From: Sarea resinae
Taxonomy: Eukaryota
NCBI GenBank assembly: GCA_026026165.1
Contig: JAPEUD010000029.1
Coordinates: forward strand, 1-64,000
Length of the DNA stretch: 64,000 nt
Direction: 5' to 3'
The notes under the pieces are model-generated. The model had not been told where the DNA came from. It was given only the letters and a program-made list of their open reading frames with translations, and did not search any database. The position numbers and the translations under genes were made by a program. This document shows, piece by piece, positions 60,796 through 64,000 of the stretch (its first letter is position 1; each line of letters begins with the position of its first letter).

Positions 60796-63700
60796 CGGCA
60801 AGCCACCGTCAAACCATCGTCTCGGATCAGCCTCCTAGCTCGTAACTCGGTAGCCTCGCACAAAGTACACATGTAAGACTTCCTTATGATGCCTACCATA
60901 CGAGCTGCCACATACATATCAAGAAGCTCGAATGCCAAACATGGCGAAGCAGCCGCATCACCAGTGTGCCATCATTCTCGCCGGCATCCCAGCAGCACGA
61001 AGAAAAAGAGGCGAAACACGGGGCTCCCTCGGCCATTCGCCATCTCTCCGTTCTTGCTTACCTCACGACACGAAGCCCCGAGGTCCTGTCCGGGGCTGGA
61101 GGAGTCAGCCCAGCTCGGTCTACAGCAGCTACCTAGGCATCCTGCATGGCTGTGAGAGCAACGAAGCAATAACGCACCGATAGAAATGGAAAAAAAAGCC
61201 AAGACCATCTAGATTTCATTCAATAGTTGGCAATTCCGTGTAACCAAAGGGCCTTGGCTTCGTTATGATAACAAGTTTGCACGTTGTCACATGGCAACTC
61301 AGCAACGATGCCTTGGTTTATTGATCTCGGGCTATGCTATAGCTACCAAGTACGGATATCGCCCCTCGTAACACTGACGCCCTCGCGATGTCGTAATGTC
61401 CACCAGTGAGGAGGCTCGTGGCCTTACGGCATGGCCTAAGCCTAAGGCATGCACACCGACTCGGCCGGAACCTCTGGAGCCCCTCAGCTGCCCATACGAC
61501 ATGTCGAAACTTGAGCCGTGAATTGACGACTGACAATTACCGCGACAAGCTGCCGTGCCGCGCCTGTAATATCGCATTGCATATCCACATCCACATCATC
61601 CACAGATACACGGACGGTAACAATAAGCTCACCTGCAGCAGCCAACGCCAACCGAAGCCCTAGAAGAAGCGAGAAGCGAGCGAGCGGAAGACACGAAATG
61701 ATGGAAGACACGGAAGGTGCCGTGTCTGCACTATTCCGCGTGCGGCCTTGTTAGACGAGCGGGCGGCCCCTGCGCGCCGCCCCACGAGGAGGAGACGACG
61801 AGACGAGGAGACGATTGAAGAGACGAGACGTCCGGATAAATCCACCCTTGCCAGCCTGGAACGGATCAGCGTCTCGTTTTGGTTGTCGTTGACGAGATCT
61901 GAGATGATGGTGTCGGTGTGATGACGGGAGGTAGTTGAGAGAGTACGAGTAGGCAGGATAATCTTGCACCTACGACTGCGGAATCGATTGACTCTGGTGA
62001 GGTAGTTTATGGTATCATCATTACTATAATCGTTATCAACAAAAACACAACATTATTAAAACAAACAATGCAGCCTTTCCGGGATTCAACAATTCCCTCT
62101 ACCTGCATCTATTGCTCATAAAATGCTCACGCTCATATCCATTCATTCATTCATTTGCATCATATCCAATCTCGCGGCTCTTAGTGAGAGACATTGGATT
62201 TCTATCAGACCTCAGACAGGCCAGGCCATAGCAGTGGAGTGCAGACGATCCGAACGAATGACAGGAGCCCAGTAGCGAGGATTGATAGATCTAGAGTCGA
62301 CCCATGGATATAGGTACAGTAGTGCATGAGATATTCAATCGATAGACAAAGAGATCGAAAAGTTTATATCCACCCCCCCGACATACCTAACCCACCTTGC
62401 CCTACCGGCCCCTGCCCCCTGGCCGCCTGGCCGCTGCCCTTCTCTGCCGTACGGAGTAAATTCCACTGTTTCGATCGCTTTGCTAATGACCGTGGAGTAA
62501 GGTATGCTTGCTGTCTCGTCTTGTCGGAGCAGCTCCATGCGTCTACATCTGCGTCTCCTCTCGGGCTCCATCCCGCTCGCTACTTGATACCCTCTTCGAC
62601 CTAGAGTACCTTGCCGTTCCCTTCCCTTAGTACTGATCTTAATTTATATACCTCACCTTTACGCTTCCCAGCTCCAGCTCCAGCCCCAGCACCAGCACCA
62701 GCACCACTACCACTGACTCTACACCCAGAGATCTTCAAAAGAGAAACATAAGCCCCGTCGCCGTGACGCAACGGCGGGATCCTCCGTCCGTTGCATCCAT
62801 CCGTCCAAGCAGGCATCCATGCATCCATGCATCTTATGACGACGTCCGCTCGCGTGTCTTGCCAGGTGCCCGTGTCCGTGTCCGTGCCCGCGCGGGCTGA
62901 GGATGGGGGAGGGGAAGATCCCTGATGGCTTCCTGATTGGATTTTTGACTTGATTTGATTTGATTTGTGGAATATTGTTTGGGATGGGATGGGATGGAGG
63001 TAGTTCACTGCGTAGTGTAGGTCATGGTATTGTAGTGTAGGGGAGAGTAATAAAGAGCTTCAATAGCTTTACGTGATGTGGGTGGCTACCTCAAGGTAGG
63101 TAGGGAAGTTTGTCGGTCTGAGACTAGAAGGATGAGATGGTGGTGGTGCCGGTGGTGGTGGTGGATCAAGTAGATCAGGTAGGTAGGTAGGTGGGTTATT
63201 TCTTTGCATATAATACCACGGACCAGGTATTCTAGACCTTTGTGCACACACACACATATATATTATATGTGTGTGTATCTGTGCTTGCTTGCTTCCTCCT
63301 CTCCTCCTCCACCTCTCCACGCCTCTGACGAGAGCACGATACTCCGCGTACTCTATCATTTCCCTAGCTGCGCTGACCTGAAGTCCACCCTCTCGCAGAC
63401 AAACAAGCCAACAAACAACCAAACAAAAAAACTCCTTGGCACGAGACGGGACAGAGAGGGTAATATTCTTGTGGCTTTGACTTTGACTTTGATAGTTCTG
63501 GATCAGGATGGTGCCTATCTAAGGTACGGGGGCGCGAGTGGCTCGACGCTGGTGCCAGAGGGAGGCGTCTTGAGGATTTATTGGGCTCTGTGCGTGTGTG
63601 TGTCTGTGTGGGCCTGACAGATGTGAGCGAGAAGGAACGATAGGTAGGTATGACACGGAGAGAAGCAGCCAAGGAATCATGCCCTCGAGCTATACGACGA

Positions 63701-63805
63701 CGAGCACCACCACCACCAACACTGCTGGCTTCGCAACAACAAGAAGAAGAACAAAGACTGCTTATACACTTGGAATGAGCACCCACTCCATCGTCTACGA
63801 CCACG

Positions 63806-64000
63806 ATGTTGCTGCCCTCAGCACATAGTCAATGTCTCCCTTCGATAGCAACCCTCGAATCTCTCATCCATCAAGCCCTTCCCTCGGCCTCCTCCAACAA
63901 TCTCACCATCGTCCGCGTCGAAGATTTGCAAGGGACGGTCAATTCCTTGTTCCTGCTCCGGCTGTCTGATGGCTCGGCAGTGGTGCTGAAGATGGCGCCT
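63806..64000 (+). CDS. Partial aminoglycoside phosphotransferase (APH)-like kinase, running off the window
   Basis: Open frame from ATG 63806 to the window end: ...IHQALPSASSNNLTIVRVEDLQGTVNSLFLLRLSDGSAVVLKMAP, resembling the N-lobe of fungal APH-family proteins. Confidence 0.55.
   Translation, partial: MLLPSAHSQCLPSIATLESLIHQALPSASSNNLTIVRVEDLQGTVNSLFLLRLSDGSAVVLKMAP

Overview
This is eukaryotic DNA from a filamentous ascomycete (Pezizomycotina-like): short GT-AG introns with CTRAY branch sites and intergenic spacers very rich in microsatellites. I rebuilt about 22 protein-coding genes by splicing exons by eye. Most are conserved housekeeping genes: RBA50, CBP6, BSD2, folliculin/LST7, an F-box protein, prefoldin 6, VPS4, GRC3, RPA34, cytosolic SHMT, a CaM kinase, an AMMECR1-domain protein, cofactor-independent phosphoglycerate mutase, MED9, DHH1, BCK1 MAPKKK, pyruvate decarboxylase and TAN1. 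A partial APH-like kinase runs off the right end. I found no transposon, tRNA, rRNA, CRISPR array or secondary-metabolite cluster, and I cannot support a clearly new multi-gene system. The best leads are: (i) a TpG-free, strand-asymmetric, RIP-like patch inside a microsatellite desert; (ii) repeated C-rich to G-rich skew flips and rising GC3 in gene 3' ends facing those deserts; (iii) a tiny Cys-rich spliced ORF; (iv) an orphan island holding a J-domain protein with a 63-bp (three-heptad) tandem repeat and a coiled-coil orphan, next to a perfect double-GATA palindrome; (v) a structured TAN1 intron. Gene names come from motif recognition and memory, not database searches.
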